From positions 113,891-177,890 of IMG/VR virus record IMGVR_UViG_3300042731_011014: a stretch of DNA of 64,000 nt. One strand, given 5' to 3'. The translations under genes and the position numbers were made by a program. The notes beneath the pieces were generated by a model. It was not told the origin of the DNA. It saw only the letters and a list, made by a program, of their open reading frames with translations, and did not search any database. Shown piece by piece: positions 1 through 10,722 of this stretch. The stretch is from a virus. Numbering within the stretch: the first letter of the stretch is position 1; each line of letters begins with the position of its first letter.

Positions 1-240
1 CCATGTTCTTAAAGATCGATAAACCTCTCTGCGAGCCTTGGCATCAAGTAATTCGTCATTATGCTCAAAAACAAGTTCATAAATTTCACTACCAAAGCCA
101 GGGAGCATCACTCTCTCGCCTTTTCTCGTGCTAAGTATCTGCCTAATTGAGCTTTTTATAACCTCTCTATCCTCCTCAGTAGCAGGAATTCCACTTTTTC
201 CTTTTCTAAATGGATAAGATATTCCCTTAATCACAGCCAT
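1..240 (-). CDS. Baseplate wedge protein, gp25/GPW family (partial; runs off window start; not in ORF track)
   Basis: Manual translation from ATG at 240: MAVIKGISYPFRKG...IKSSIRQILSTRKGERVMLPGFGSEIYELVFE, the gp25 motif I..IL.T..GER.M.P.FGS. Confidence 0.92.
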   Translation of the reverse strand, partial: MAVIKGISYPFRKGKSGIPATEEDREVIKSSIRQILSTRKGERVMLPGFGSEIYELVFEHNDELLDAKARREVYRSLRTW

Positions 241-248
241 AAATCACC

Positions 249-755
249 TCATATCAATGGCATTGGAGGCGGTGGGGGTGGAATAGGAGGTGGTACAATA
301 AATGTAACTAGCGCTGTCTTTGTTGCCGCATCAATAATCGTAGCCATTTGATTTGCAATACTATCATAAGTGTTTTTTAGGTTAGCCAACGCCCCAGCTA
401 TTCCCGGTCCTATCATTGCCGCACCAGGCATCACAAGGCACATCCCAGGGTGTGGAGCTGGTGCAAACATCACCGGAGGGGCTGTCCAGTAAGCCATAAC
501 AGCATTTTGGATCGCCATCGCAAACGTCATAGCTTGGCCCTGTGGACTTAATGCACCCATGAGCGTAGTCATCATTAGTGCTTTCTCTGCACCGGTAAAA
601 ATCGGAGTAGACGGGCCAGCCATAGCCGCACTTGCATAATTTGCATAGGCATCAGCAAAGGCCTTCGCCGCATCAAGATGTTGTTTATTATTCTCAGCCA
701 CATCCTTAAGAAAGGATTTGATCGGGTTAACTAACTTTATCGGAATCAATGGCAT
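249..755 (-). CDS. Hypothetical baseplate-associated protein, Ala-rich with poly-Pro C-terminus
   Basis: 168 aa ORF between the spike and gp25 genes, co-oriented. No motif recognised. Confidence 0.6.
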   Translation of the reverse strand: MPLIPIKLVNPIKSFLKDVAENNKQHLDAAKAFADAYANYASAAMAGPSTPIFTGAEKALMMTTLMGALSPQGQAMTFAMAIQNAVMAYWTAPPVMFAPAPHPGMCLVMPGAAMIGPGIAGALANLKNTYDSIANQMATIIDAATKTALVTFIVPPPIPPPPPPMPLI

Positions 756-758
756 AAA

Positions 759-1436
759 TCACCTTACTTCTATTATATCACTTTTTAATTCATCAATCTC
801 AGTAAACTCGTTAAAATATTTGGAATGGAGCCTGCTATGACACTCCGCACAACACCAAACAACATCAAGAGGCTTGCTGTAATCTTTATGGTGAGCTTCT
901 ATATTCTTATTAGATCCACAAATACCGCACAGCCCCCTTATTAATTTTCCACTCCTAACTGCTGCGCTAACAGCACCTCTGGCCTTTAGTTTTTCTTTAT
1001 TTTTTAAATCTAATCTAATTTTTCCGCTCTTAAGTATTAGTTTTTCTTTAATTTCTGGTCTTTGCCTATATTTTTTATACATTTCTTTAATTTCTGGTCT
1101 TTGCCTATATCTTCTACCGTATTCTCTATTCTTTTTTTTATTTTCCGGCTTCTGCTTAATTATAGCTCGCCTTCCACTAATCTTATACTTCTCTCTATAT
1201 TCCATCTCTTTTTGCTTAACATCAAACCTTTGTCGATATTCCTTACGTCTTTCTTTAAACTCTGGAATCTGTTCACGCTCTCTTCTTTTTTGTTTTGTTT
1301 CTGGTCTTTGGCTATATTTTTTTTGGCAATCCCTACAATGGCTTCGCCTTCCATCTTTTGAAGAACTTTTTCTATTAAAACAGTTTAGTGATTTTATTTC
1401 TCCACACCTACTGCATTTCTTCTTGCCTAAGTTCAT
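759..1436 (-). CDS. HNH (homing) endonuclease
   Basis: N-terminal CSRC..CRDC zinc finger, repeated YRQRPEIKE helices, C-terminal CGICG..EAHHKDYSKPLDVVWCCAECHSRLH HNH motif. Confidence 0.85.
   Translation of the reverse strand: MNLGKKKCSRCGEIKSLNCFNRKSSSKDGRRSHCRDCQKKYSQRPETKQKRREREQIPEFKERRKEYRQRFDVKQKEMEYREKYKISGRRAIIKQKPENKKKNREYGRRYRQRPEIKEMYKKYRQRPEIKEKLILKSGKIRLDLKNKEKLKARGAVSAAVRSGKLIRGLCGICGSNKNIEAHHKDYSKPLDVVWCCAECHSRLHSKYFNEFTEIDELKSDIIEVR
1043..1110. repeat. 29 bp direct repeat, period 39 bp, inside the HNH gene
   Basis: tttctttaatttctggtctttgcctatat at 1043-1071 and 1082-1110; encodes the duplicated YRQRPEIKE. Confidence 0.9.
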
Positions 1437-2428
1437 TATTTTTTTCCAAACACTCTTGAACTATATGTTGCTGGAGTAGGTGGCTGTGCTGGAACTGTTG
1501 GAGGAGATGTAGGGCCGACTCCAGATCCGTGAAAATGAGTATTGAATGTTGTATTAATATGATTATCAACCCACGTTTTAAATTGGTTACCTAAAACCAT
1601 CTTTTCTGATGCACCCCCGCCAAGCATAATTTTATCGGCAGTTACTTCAACTTCCTTTGTTTTCACATCAACCTTATCGTCTGATTCAACAAATATTTCA
1701 CCACCTTTTAGTGTAATTTTACTACCCCCAGCATGCAAAATTTCTATTTGCTCGCCTTTCATAGTGATTATATTCTCATTGTCAGCCTTATTCGTAATTA
1801 CAATTTCTTTGTTTTCAGCATCAAGATAAACTGTATTTTCATTCTTATCTTTAGTGGTGATAGATCCTTTTTCATCCATTAAAAATTCTGATAGCTCAGG
1901 ATGAATAATCTTAAACTGATCTTTTTCTGGCTCGCGACTAAAAAGCATTAAAAATGACTTTGCCGCATCGCTAGCAAGCATCTTAATACCGCGAACATAT
2001 GGCGCTTTTTTATCAGACTCCTTACCATCCCAATCCTTACCGGGCTGACCCTCTGTTTTAAATTCATCCGGAAGCTCTGACTTGCCCTGGTCCTCCCCTT
2101 TATCATCATCGCTAGCCCACCATTGACCTATATACCATGGATAACGAATATCACCATTTTCAAACCAAACTAAAACAGCTTCATCTTTCTCAGGTGGGAA
2201 GAATATTCCATGATCTCTACCAGCATACGGCGAACTTGGCCACGCCGGCTCACCAAGCACATCATCGCCAGATACAACAGGCACTTTAACCAGAATCCTA
2301 CCTTGTCCACCTGGATCTGCATTCGCAAAAACAGTTCCATGATAAATTCCATAGAATCTACCATAATATTCTAAACCATGAGTTACTAAGTTTCTAATAA
2401 AATTCTTAATAAAATCAGCGGCGTTCAT
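1436..2428 (-). CDS. Baseplate central spike (gp5/gpV/VgrG-like OB fold plus beta-helix)
   Basis: YGIYHGTV..NADP...GRILVKVP...WP..PYAG.DHGIFFPP....V.V.FENGD..YP OB-fold signature; C-terminal THFH (HxH) spike-tip motif. Confidence 0.9.
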   Translation of the reverse strand: MNAADFIKNFIRNLVTHGLEYYGRFYGIYHGTVFANADPGGQGRILVKVPVVSGDDVLGEPAWPSSPYAGRDHGIFFPPEKDEAVLVWFENGDIRYPWYIGQWWASDDDKGEDQGKSELPDEFKTEGQPGKDWDGKESDKKAPYVRGIKMLASDAAKSFLMLFSREPEKDQFKIIHPELSEFLMDEKGSITTKDKNENTVYLDAENKEIVITNKADNENIITMKGEQIEILHAGGSKITLKGGEIFVESDDKVDVKTKEVEVTADKIMLGGGASEKMVLGNQFKTWVDNHINTTFNTHFHGSGVGPTSPPTVPAQPPTPATYSSRVFGKK

Positions 2429-3822
2429 ATTGCTACCTTAGCATTCCCGCCACCACCACCTTCAGGTTTCTTTTGACTACCTCCAGCCGCGTTTTTTTCA
2501 CCCTTTGCCTTTTTTGATACAAGATCTTTATTAACCCCTAAACTAATACCTTTAATACTCATATTGTACCCACCAGACCCAACATCATGGCTAACATTTA
2601 TGACTCTATAATTACCAGATAGCCAAGAAGATCCGAACTCAAACGCAACAATAGATCCAGGATCAGCTACATTTGGAACCCCAATAGTATCAAACTCTAG
2701 CGTAACACCAGCAACACCAAACATGCCATTGATATACAATGAATCAGCTATATCCTTACTATCCCTCTCCTCTCTTGGAGGTCTCGGAAACATCTTACCA
2801 GCGTCTCTTTTATCTTCCTTTATCTTACCTACAAAAATTCCATCTTCATCTTTTATCGTCGATCCAACATCTGAGTTAGATAACTCACCGCCATCGTTAA
2901 TTGTTTTTACCTTTGTTGTTTTTGCTCCAGCCTCAACTTTAACTGATTTTTTCTTATTTAGAGATAAATGCTGGACAACCGCATCCCCCTTTTTTGCGGC
3001 AAATAGAGAATTAAGAGGTAGATTTACAGATCCAGTAATTGGAAACACATTATCTTTTCCAAATTCCCCAGAATGATAGACAAACTTAATCTTGGGCTCT
3101 ATCTCCGCCATTTTTAGCCAAGAATAAATAACCAAAGTATTTCCTCGCAACTCAGGTGTAGCAAGATTATAAGCGCAAAGCCACTCAATATAATCCCACC
3201 CGCTAAGACCAGATATAATATAACTATTTTTCTTTTCAGTAAACCTCTTCATTTCGCCTGGAGGGGATGATTCTGCACCGGGCATATATATGGGGCCATG
3301 CCATCCATTTCTTTTAACAAGTACCTTGATAATATCTTCAGCAGAATGTTGCTTAGGTAATCCAGTCTCAGATCCACCAAATACCTTAGCAGCCGTAGCA
3401 GACTGAGCAAACTTATTAAGCCCCTTAGCATTTAATGTTATATCAATCATTTGACCAAGAGTTATACTAGGTGGATCCATTGACACATTAAGCCAATCTG
3501 TTTGATGTAATGCGTCTGAAGCATACCCCCATCTAACTGATAATCTATTGTGCAATTTAACAAACTCATTTAATCCACTATACCCTCCCACACTAGGATC
3601 ACCTAATAATGCTAAACCCATATCTCGGTTCATCGGCTTCAATGAAACAGAAACCATTGAACTAGATGGTGTCAGCTTAACTGAAAGGGATTCAGCTATC
3701 GGAACATGGTAAAAATCCAATCCTGGATTTTCTCTACTGCCAGGGGTTAAAATAAGCTTTTTCTTATCGGGCGTTACAATCATCGCCTCAAAAAAAGGAC
3801 TGAAAAAATCATACGCTGCCAT
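2425..3822 (-). CDS. Baseplate hub protein (gp27/late control D-like)
   Basis: Directly upstream of the spike. RWGY motif and C-terminal TIGVPNVADPG...LSGNYRVINVSHDVGSGGYNMSI typical of hub proteins. Confidence 0.75.
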   Translation of the reverse strand: MAAYDFFSPFFEAMIVTPDKKKLILTPGSRENPGLDFYHVPIAESLSVKLTPSSSMVSVSLKPMNRDMGLALLGDPSVGGYSGLNEFVKLHNRLSVRWGYASDALHQTDWLNVSMDPPSITLGQMIDITLNAKGLNKFAQSATAAKVFGGSETGLPKQHSAEDIIKVLVKRNGWHGPIYMPGAESSPPGEMKRFTEKKNSYIISGLSGWDYIEWLCAYNLATPELRGNTLVIYSWLKMAEIEPKIKFVYHSGEFGKDNVFPITGSVNLPLNSLFAAKKGDAVVQHLSLNKKKSVKVEAGAKTTKVKTINDGGELSNSDVGSTIKDEDGIFVGKIKEDKRDAGKMFPRPPREERDSKDIADSLYINGMFGVAGVTLEFDTIGVPNVADPGSIVAFEFGSSWLSGNYRVINVSHDVGSGGYNMSIKGISLGVNKDLVSKKAKGEKNAAGGSQKKPEGGGGGNAKVAI

Positions 3823-3823
3823 A

Positions 3824-4135
3824 CTATTCCTTTGATCTTAGGACAGCCCCGATAACTCTATTTCTATTCGGTATCCTAATTTTTTTACCCTTAAAAATCC
3901 CAAAAGGAGCAATCATAAGCTCATTTGCCTGCATTATTACCCAATATAATGAAGGATCTCCATAATATTTATAAGCAAGAAGATCCATCCTAGTATTCTC
4001 CTCAACAGTTATGAAAATATCATCATCTTGCTCTGGGAAATCTTGGACAATTGGTGCCTCAAAAAACTCAACACCATCCTCAAGCCTTAACTCTGTTAAA
4101 TTTAATCGACTATTTACACTAACTGTTACAGCCAT
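3824..4135 (-). CDS. LysM-like / tail X baseplate protein
   Basis: TRMDLLAYKYYGDPSLYWVIMQAN...G.KIRIP motif; lies between tape measure and hub. Confidence 0.85.
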   Translation of the reverse strand: MAVTVSVNSRLNLTELRLEDGVEFFEAPIVQDFPEQDDDIFITVEENTRMDLLAYKYYGDPSLYWVIMQANELMIAPFGIFKGKKIRIPNRNRVIGAVLRSKE

Positions 4136-4414
4136 AGATAATTCTCACTTACAGTGACATAAGGTGGAATAAAATATTCATTTTTGACAAAAACCCATAT
4201 TTTATAAGTATTATCATGCTTTTTCTACACTTACATTATCAAACCATCTAAACCGTCCTAAGTCACATTTTAACCTTTTAGCCTCCTTGATGGCTTCATT
4301 TTTTGTCATTAAAACAATCTCCTTTTTCTAACTACTACCTCACCAATCCAAAAAAAGTAAATAGATTAAAAAACACCACAATTACAACAACTACAACCTT
4401 GATAATCTCAATTA

Positions 4415-7400
4415 CTATGTAAACCCTCCAAAATCTGAAAACTCACCACTGTCAGCCCTTGCTGCATCCATGAACTTATCAAACTTACCTTTTATAACAA
4501 TTGGCTGTTTGGCTATAATCATAATCGCACTTCTAAGCATAGATACCTGATTTGCAAGTGCCGAAATTTGATCCGAAACAGATGATGGTATAGAACCACG
4601 TTCGCCCATAGTAACATCCTGTTCATCCGCGCCTTTACCATTAACAAATCTTTGAACAGTAAGATCGGCAGGTTTAGATGCAACATAATCCTCAGATGTT
4701 CTTATTCCAGTCTCCTTACTCACAACCATCGCTCCTGGTATAATCTTTTGCTCAGGAACAAGAGCATCAATCACCTTCGGTTGTTCCGGCTTGACGATTT
4801 CCCTATCAGCTTTAACCCTTACAGGTTTTTTCATAATAACTTTCTTAGGTTTCCATAACGCCTTCAACTGTTCCGGCTTAGTAACATCTTTTTTAACCTT
4901 GATTTTTGCAGGTTTTTCAGCAATAGTTTTTTTAGGCTTTTCAACTATCTCAGTAGATACAGGAGCGACAATCTTCTTTCTCTCCAACATTTTGCTTATA
5001 TCATCAAACTCCTTTTTCTTCATCTTCACACCAGGACTGATAGATATTTCATCCTTACCTAGTTTAGTCTCAATCAATTTTTTAGTTTTCTTAAGATCAT
5101 CCTCATCAGGGGAGATTCTTATTTTTCGCATTTTACCAAGTAGAGCCTCAGTTTGCTTTTTATCAAAGCCAAGTGCCTCGCTAGTTTTAGTTACTGCAAC
5201 CCTAAACTGATCAACACGTTTCATTTCCTCTTTTGTTAAAGGCCCTACTCTGCTCATTAAGGCAGTCGTCTCATTAATAGACTTTGCAGATATACCGAAA
5301 TCCTCTTTAATTCTACCAACAACCTTTTGTACTGGACCGAACTCCATATCAAATCTAACCATTTTTTGGAGCCCTTTAGCCATCTCATTCATTTCATCTC
5401 GGCTGGCACCTTTAATACCAGACCCGGCAAGCATTTCTTTAAACCAGTTTTCGCCACCCACCTCCATACCTTTCAACATTTCAATCTTGGCGGCCGTACT
5501 GTAACCGGTCATACTCTTAAAAAATGCACCTACACGATCCTCTATTTTCTCACCCGCATCCCATCCATGTTTAGCAACTGAATCGTTGAATTTATCAAGT
5601 TCACTTTTTGGCATCTTGATCCCAGGGGCCACAGTAATCGTATATTCCTCTGGAATACCACTATTTAATGCCATGGTAACTTGTTCAAAATCTTTTCTAG
5701 TTGGCGGCTCGATCTTTGCTTTTGTATCACCTGAAGGTCTTCCTGGTGCAGCTCCCCCACCAAAACCGCCACCGCCTCCAAATCCACTCGCCATAGGTTT
5801 ATCACTTCTTGGTTTACTTGGTTTTGGCTTAGGCTTGGGCTTGCTTATTTTTTCAATATCGTTTTGGAATTTCTTCTGAATATCAACCTTTATTTTTGCT
5901 TTTGCCTTTTCAGTGTCTTTTGATTTTCTAATCTCTGTCCTGCCAGGTATCCCCTTATCAGCTTCAGAAATCATACGACGATCACGCAAAACCTGTTTCG
6001 CATATTGCTTCCTCGCACTTTTTCTTTCTTTATCAAAAGAATTTAATACTATTTTTTCCTGCTCTTTTGCTTTCATTATATTGGCTAGCGCCTCGTCGGA
6101 TGATGATGCCTGCCTCTTAACCTCTTCCCGTCTACTTTTCTCAGTTGCTTTATCTCTTTTTTTAATACCATCATCCCAGACCTGCTCTAACGTCCTACCA
6201 GTCCTTTTCATTTCGGATTCCATTTTATCAAGGCCAAGAGATTTCTTAATAACATCCAACTTAGGAGTAAATGAAGGCAATGAACTAACAAATTTTAAAA
6301 TCCCATATCTAACCTTATCTATCAAAAAAGTAAAAGCATCACTTAAAGACCATACCATTTTTGTAAATACAAGCTTTATTCCGGCAATAGCATCAATGAA
6401 CATGTGCTTAAACTTCAACCATCCAATATTTAATTTTGATGTTAGTTTAAACCAAACTTCTTTTATTCCTACTATTGACTCTTTAAAAGATAATTTAATC
6501 CCGCTCCAAACAATTGACGCATATCCCATAAATTTAGTTATAGTGTTAGACATAACATCAACCATAGACTCCCATAACCCTTTGGCTGTTTCAGCAGATA
6601 CCCCGACCATTTGAAGTATTCCAGAAAAAACACTCTGAGAGACCGACAGCGCCTTGTCCCCGGTTGACATAATTGGATTTTCAATCGCTGCCATCACTTC
6701 GCTAGCTACCCCAGGTAGAACCCTAAAAGCTTGAATAATCAATCCAACAGCAAGTGTACCTTTTAAACCGATTGTTTTAAATATTCCAAAAGCAATGCTT
6801 CCAAGCTTACCAATTCCACCCATGAGTAATGGTAAAAAATTAAACAACTTTCTAGGTGATGCCAAAAGTCCAAAGGCAAAGGCTCCGCCAATCACTTTGG
6901 CCGCATCTCCAACTTTATCGCCAAATGATTTACTGTCATCATTCCACCATTGGCCAATCTTATCCCATAGTCTTGCTAATCCATCCTTTACCGCCTTAGC
7001 TAAGGCACGACCTAATCCACCCACAGCCTTGCTTAACCCTTTTTCCATTGGGTCTTTCATACTTTCCGCGCCGGCCTCAACCTTCTTTTTTTCACTAGAT
7101 CCAAATAATCCGTCCCATAAGCCAGAAAAAAGCTTCATAATTAAGTTAGATAGCCATTTAGTGGCTTTTACAATTCCCTTACCAATCTTTCCAAAAACCT
7201 CACCCCAGTCCACTTGGCCAATTCTCTCTGAAATCTTATCTATCGACCTAGTTAAAATCGTACTAATTGCGGCAAACATCTTGCTAGCAACTCGTGATCC
7301 CGCAGTCTCAGCCTTTTTTTCTGCCTTCTTATCGCCAAATAACGCATCCCACGCGTCAGATAAAAAAATTCCAATTCTGTCAAAAGACCAATCGATTGCC

Positions 7401-9397
7401 CTGATTATTGAGCCTGAAACCTTATCAGCAAACTTGATCCAATTAACCTGATCGAGTTGTTTAACCACCCAATCAAACATTCTACCAATCAAATCGACAC
7501 CTGTCTTGAAAGTATCGACAGCAAAACTCCATGCCCTCTTAAGTCCTTCAGCTACAATCATTCCAACTTTTTTCCAGGGTCCATCACCGGCTAACCCAAT
7601 AGAATTAGCAATATCCTTGACCCATTGCGGACCGAATTTCTTAGCAAACTTAAGTAATTCATTAGGCATCTTCGTGCCAAACATTTCTTTTGCTTTGCTT
7701 GTTCCTTCCTTGCCAGCGCTACTAATAGCTTTTCCGATCAAACCAATCCCACCGACAACCAGGCCAGCCGGTCCAACAATTTTAAGAAGTCTTCCAGGCA
7801 TTCCACCTAACATAGAGTTAAACACATCAAACGGAGCTCCTAATGGGGAAATTACCTTACCAAGCATGTTAAAGTTAAATCCCATATTAGTTAGCGCGGT
7901 TATAAATTGGGCGTTCTTTTGGATAACTTGAAACGCACTATCTGCGAACTCACCAAGAGCGCCAGCCGCCGGGCCTATTGCAGACATTAACCCAGAGAAT
8001 CCGGCTATCCTAAGTTTAATCATGGCTTTGGTCATCCCGGCTATTGGGCCATCACCTGAAGCAAGGGTCCCCGCAACGTCCTGAATCATCTTAAACGCCT
8101 TCCTCTGCCGCGCTATCAGCTTATTAGCATCTAATCCCCCTATTTCCCTCATAGCTATCTTGTGGGATTCTTCCATTCTCTGCATGCGCTCTTCGAACGT
8201 TCTACCTGTCTTATGGCCTATTTTTCCTATCTCCTGAAACGCCCCTTTTACGTCACCTGCTGCGGTAACTGAACTTCCACCTAGCGCCTCAATGGTAGAT
8301 CCAAGGCCGCCAAGCTCACCGCTCATGCGTTCAAGTAATTTATGGATATCTGGACCAACAGTTGAAATAAGTGATTCTCGCAGCTTCATAGCAATTGGAC
8401 TAAAATTACCACCTTTCTTTTCAAGCTCACCAATATACTTAACAAAATCAACGGGTGACTGAGATAATTTCAAAAATAGCGAATCTAAACTACCAGTGTG
8501 GCTAGCGATTGTTTTCATCTCTTCACTGAGATCGGTTCCATCCGTTACTAGCCCCCTCCACTGGTCTTGCATTCCTAACATACCCTCAACAACCTTTGAT
8601 GCTGATGCAGTAGCCTCACTCATACCTTTGCCGAGGTTTTTCTTTATCATGGTCGCCAAGGCACCTACGCCTTTAATGGCCTGAGATGGGTCCATCCTGA
8701 ACCGTTCAGGTATAGCACGTTGTGCCTCATCAATCTTAGCGTACAAATCAGGCATCATCTTAAGTGTTGCGCTAACATCGCCTGCTCTCTTACCTGTTGC
8801 AGTCATCTGATCCATAAACTTACGGAATTCCTTGACACCGTCCTTTCCGGCCGCATTAAAATCACGGATCATCTGTTTACCAAAAGATCCTATTTCTTTG
8901 GGATCTAAATCTAAAACATCAAATGTTTTAAGAACCTGCTCATAAGAATCACCATACGCCTTAGTCAAATCTTTGCTTCCATCCTTTAGCGCCTTAAAAA
9001 GTCCAGTAGCCTTCCCAGCATCGATATTTAGATCAACAACTGCACTTTTTATCCTTTTTCCCCACATTGCGGCTTCTTTGCTGGTAAGATTCATATTAGC
9101 CGCGGTTTTACTAAACTCCTTATTCATTTGGATAGCTTGTTGCTCAAGGCCAGTTGTTAACGATAGCCCGGCCATACCATCACCTATCCCAGAAATCTTC
9201 TCTGAGATCTCACTCAATTTTGAGACCGACCAGCTATTGATGATTGTATTAAACTTGGATGCTCCAGCTATAGCCTCAAGCTTACTGAAAGCCGATTCTA
9301 GGAGCCCAAATGACTTGGAGGCATTATCGGCCACCCTAGACACTCCATCATCTCTAGCGCCAAATATGAAGCCCAGACCAGCAAAATTAAAACCCAT
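4415..9397 (-). CDS. Tail tape measure protein
   Basis: 1660 aa, helical Ala/Gly/Lys-rich, MGFNFAGLGFIFGARD N-terminus, periodic W/F repeats, position between chaperone and baseplate genes. Confidence 0.88.
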   Translation of the reverse strand: MGFNFAGLGFIFGARDDGVSRVADNASKSFGLLESAFSKLEAIAGASKFNTIINSWSVSKLSEISEKISGIGDGMAGLSLTTGLEQQAIQMNKEFSKTAANMNLTSKEAAMWGKRIKSAVVDLNIDAGKATGLFKALKDGSKDLTKAYGDSYEQVLKTFDVLDLDPKEIGSFGKQMIRDFNAAGKDGVKEFRKFMDQMTATGKRAGDVSATLKMMPDLYAKIDEAQRAIPERFRMDPSQAIKGVGALATMIKKNLGKGMSEATASASKVVEGMLGMQDQWRGLVTDGTDLSEEMKTIASHTGSLDSLFLKLSQSPVDFVKYIGELEKKGGNFSPIAMKLRESLISTVGPDIHKLLERMSGELGGLGSTIEALGGSSVTAAGDVKGAFQEIGKIGHKTGRTFEERMQRMEESHKIAMREIGGLDANKLIARQRKAFKMIQDVAGTLASGDGPIAGMTKAMIKLRIAGFSGLMSAIGPAAGALGEFADSAFQVIQKNAQFITALTNMGFNFNMLGKVISPLGAPFDVFNSMLGGMPGRLLKIVGPAGLVVGGIGLIGKAISSAGKEGTSKAKEMFGTKMPNELLKFAKKFGPQWVKDIANSIGLAGDGPWKKVGMIVAEGLKRAWSFAVDTFKTGVDLIGRMFDWVVKQLDQVNWIKFADKVSGSIIRAIDWSFDRIGIFLSDAWDALFGDKKAEKKAETAGSRVASKMFAAISTILTRSIDKISERIGQVDWGEVFGKIGKGIVKATKWLSNLIMKLFSGLWDGLFGSSEKKKVEAGAESMKDPMEKGLSKAVGGLGRALAKAVKDGLARLWDKIGQWWNDDSKSFGDKVGDAAKVIGGAFAFGLLASPRKLFNFLPLLMGGIGKLGSIAFGIFKTIGLKGTLAVGLIIQAFRVLPGVASEVMAAIENPIMSTGDKALSVSQSVFSGILQMVGVSAETAKGLWESMVDVMSNTITKFMGYASIVWSGIKLSFKESIVGIKEVWFKLTSKLNIGWLKFKHMFIDAIAGIKLVFTKMVWSLSDAFTFLIDKVRYGILKFVSSLPSFTPKLDVIKKSLGLDKMESEMKRTGRTLEQVWDDGIKKRDKATEKSRREEVKRQASSSDEALANIMKAKEQEKIVLNSFDKERKSARKQYAKQVLRDRRMISEADKGIPGRTEIRKSKDTEKAKAKIKVDIQKKFQNDIEKISKPKPKPKPSKPRSDKPMASGFGGGGGFGGGAAPGRPSGDTKAKIEPPTRKDFEQVTMALNSGIPEEYTITVAPGIKMPKSELDKFNDSVAKHGWDAGEKIEDRVGAFFKSMTGYSTAAKIEMLKGMEVGGENWFKEMLAGSGIKGASRDEMNEMAKGLQKMVRFDMEFGPVQKVVGRIKEDFGISAKSINETTALMSRVGPLTKEEMKRVDQFRVAVTKTSEALGFDKKQTEALLGKMRKIRISPDEDDLKKTKKLIETKLGKDEISISPGVKMKKKEFDDISKMLERKKIVAPVSTEIVEKPKKTIAEKPAKIKVKKDVTKPEQLKALWKPKKVIMKKPVRVKADREIVKPEQPKVIDALVPEQKIIPGAMVVSKETGIRTSEDYVASKPADLTVQRFVNGKGADEQDVTMGERGSIPSSVSDQISALANQVSMLRSAIMIIAKQPIVIKGKFDKFMDAARADSGEFSDFGGFT

Positions 9398-9411
9398 GTC
9401 AAACCCCTAAA

Positions 9412-10179
9412 CTAATTTGCCACAGTTAATCTTCTCTCTAGCTTTTCAGCAAAATCCATTCTATCTTTAATAAAATCCTTAAATGCTAATATAAACAAGT
9501 CTTTATCTGCTAACGTATAAATATCAGTATCATAACCATGTTTCTTTTTATATAATTTTTTCAAGATTTTACTGAAAATATTACTATATTTCTTTATCTC
9601 ACTATCAAGTAAACCGTTATCCTTAAGAAAAGAATCGACGCTAATCACCAATCTATCATCCCAGACTAAACCTTTTTCATCGCTATTCTCATACGTTCCA
9701 ATACTTGCACTAGTTAATGCAGATAGCTCATGCTCGGCTACACGCCTAATATTGTCAGGTAAATTTCTTTTTGATAAAACATTCATATATTTAATTACAA
9801 GATTATGCCTCTTAATATCTTCAATATTGTTTGTTTCAAAGAAAAGTTTCCTAAGAACTTTAGATGCCTCTTTCTGATAGGCCTCAAGTTTTAATCTGAC
9901 ATGACTTGCTACCTTATTAGCGTTAATTGTTGCTAGCCACATGGGAAGGGAATCTAGGTCAATCATAAAAATTCCTTGTTTTCGACCACTTGCATCGTGT
10001 GAGGTAATGATAACTACACATGCCCATTCCTTTTCTTGCAACTTTTTCATCTGAGATTTTGAATCAATCCCCAATGCTTCACACACCCTACGGACACTAA
10101 TCCAAAGGGTTTCATTGTCTTTAATCACTTCCAAATTATCGCCCTGGAAGTTAAACTTCGTTAATTCTTTACCTGTCAT
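9412..10179 (-). CDS. Phage antirepressor, P22_AR N-terminal-like domain
   Basis: WISVRRVCEALGID..SQ..KL...HDASGRKQ...MIDLDSLPMWLATINANKV....KLEAYQKE...L...F. Confidence 0.85.
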   Translation of the reverse strand: MTGKELTKFNFQGDNLEVIKDNETLWISVRRVCEALGIDSKSQMKKLQEKEWACVVIITSHDASGRKQGIFMIDLDSLPMWLATINANKVASHVRLKLEAYQKEASKVLRKLFFETNNIEDIKRHNLVIKYMNVLSKRNLPDNIRRVAEHELSALTSASIGTYENSDEKGLVWDDRLVISVDSFLKDNGLLDSEIKKYSNIFSKILKKLYKKKHGYDTDIYTLADKDLFILAFKDFIKDRMDFAEKLERRLTVAN

Positions 10180-10542
10180 CGTACCTCTCTACAAAAAAAC
10201 AAACGTGAAGACCATTATAGCTCTTTTTCTCTTTTACTTCTATCCCCAAACCCAAAAATTTTCTTCCTTTTAGGGAAAAATCTGATCAACTCTTTTTCTC
10301 TCCCTTTCATTCTCTTTTCCTAGTCCCTATAGGGCACTCAATAACTAGGCGATGTACTAAAGAAAAAATGCAATAATTTCATACCGCTACCAGCGGATAA
10401 TGAAATTGTGTTGTCAAATTCGAGCCTTAGCGAAAAATTTGACCAAAATTTGTATTCTTATATTAGTATTATTAGAGCACGGAATCAACCGGGGTAACAT
10501 GAGGAAAATATTATAAAAACCGCCCCAGATCGGTGGCTGAAA

Positions 10543-10722
10543 AGTGACATATTTGTCACTACTTAATGACATATTTGTCACTTTTACAATTCATTAAAAA
10601 TGACATATTTGTCACTTTTTTAAGTTTATCAAATTTAAAGGATTTTAGAGTGTGACACACTACCTGAATTTTATTTTGTATCGGTAGATACAGTTTTTTT
10701 AATTTTTAATGTGTCACTTTTT
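10543..10722. promoter_or_regulatory. Array of palindromic sites TGACA-TATT-TGTCA (three full copies plus two half-sites) in AT-rich noncoding DNA
   Basis: TGACATATTTGTCACT at 10545-10560, 10567-10582 and 10601-10616; half-sites GTGACA at 10652 and TGTCAC at 10712. Confidence 0.8.

Noticed and set aside
4136-4414. Noncoding gap between tape measure and LysM genes as a missing tube-initiator gene or RNA
   Set aside because: No open frame of useful length and no convincing structure found by eye.
4652-9410. Long plus-strand ORFs (for example 5913-6614, 6795-7451, 8973-9410)
   Set aside because: Antisense shadows of the tape measure gene; no motifs or RBS, and codon-mirror composition.
10543-10560. 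Similarity to matS (GTGACRNYGTCAC) or CRP/FNR boxes
   Set aside because: Half-site spacing differs from those consensus sites.
10543-10616. Possible mini-CRISPR array
   Set aside because: Repeats are 16 bp with 6 and 18 bp gaps, too short and irregular; no cas genes. Better read as operator or iteron sites.
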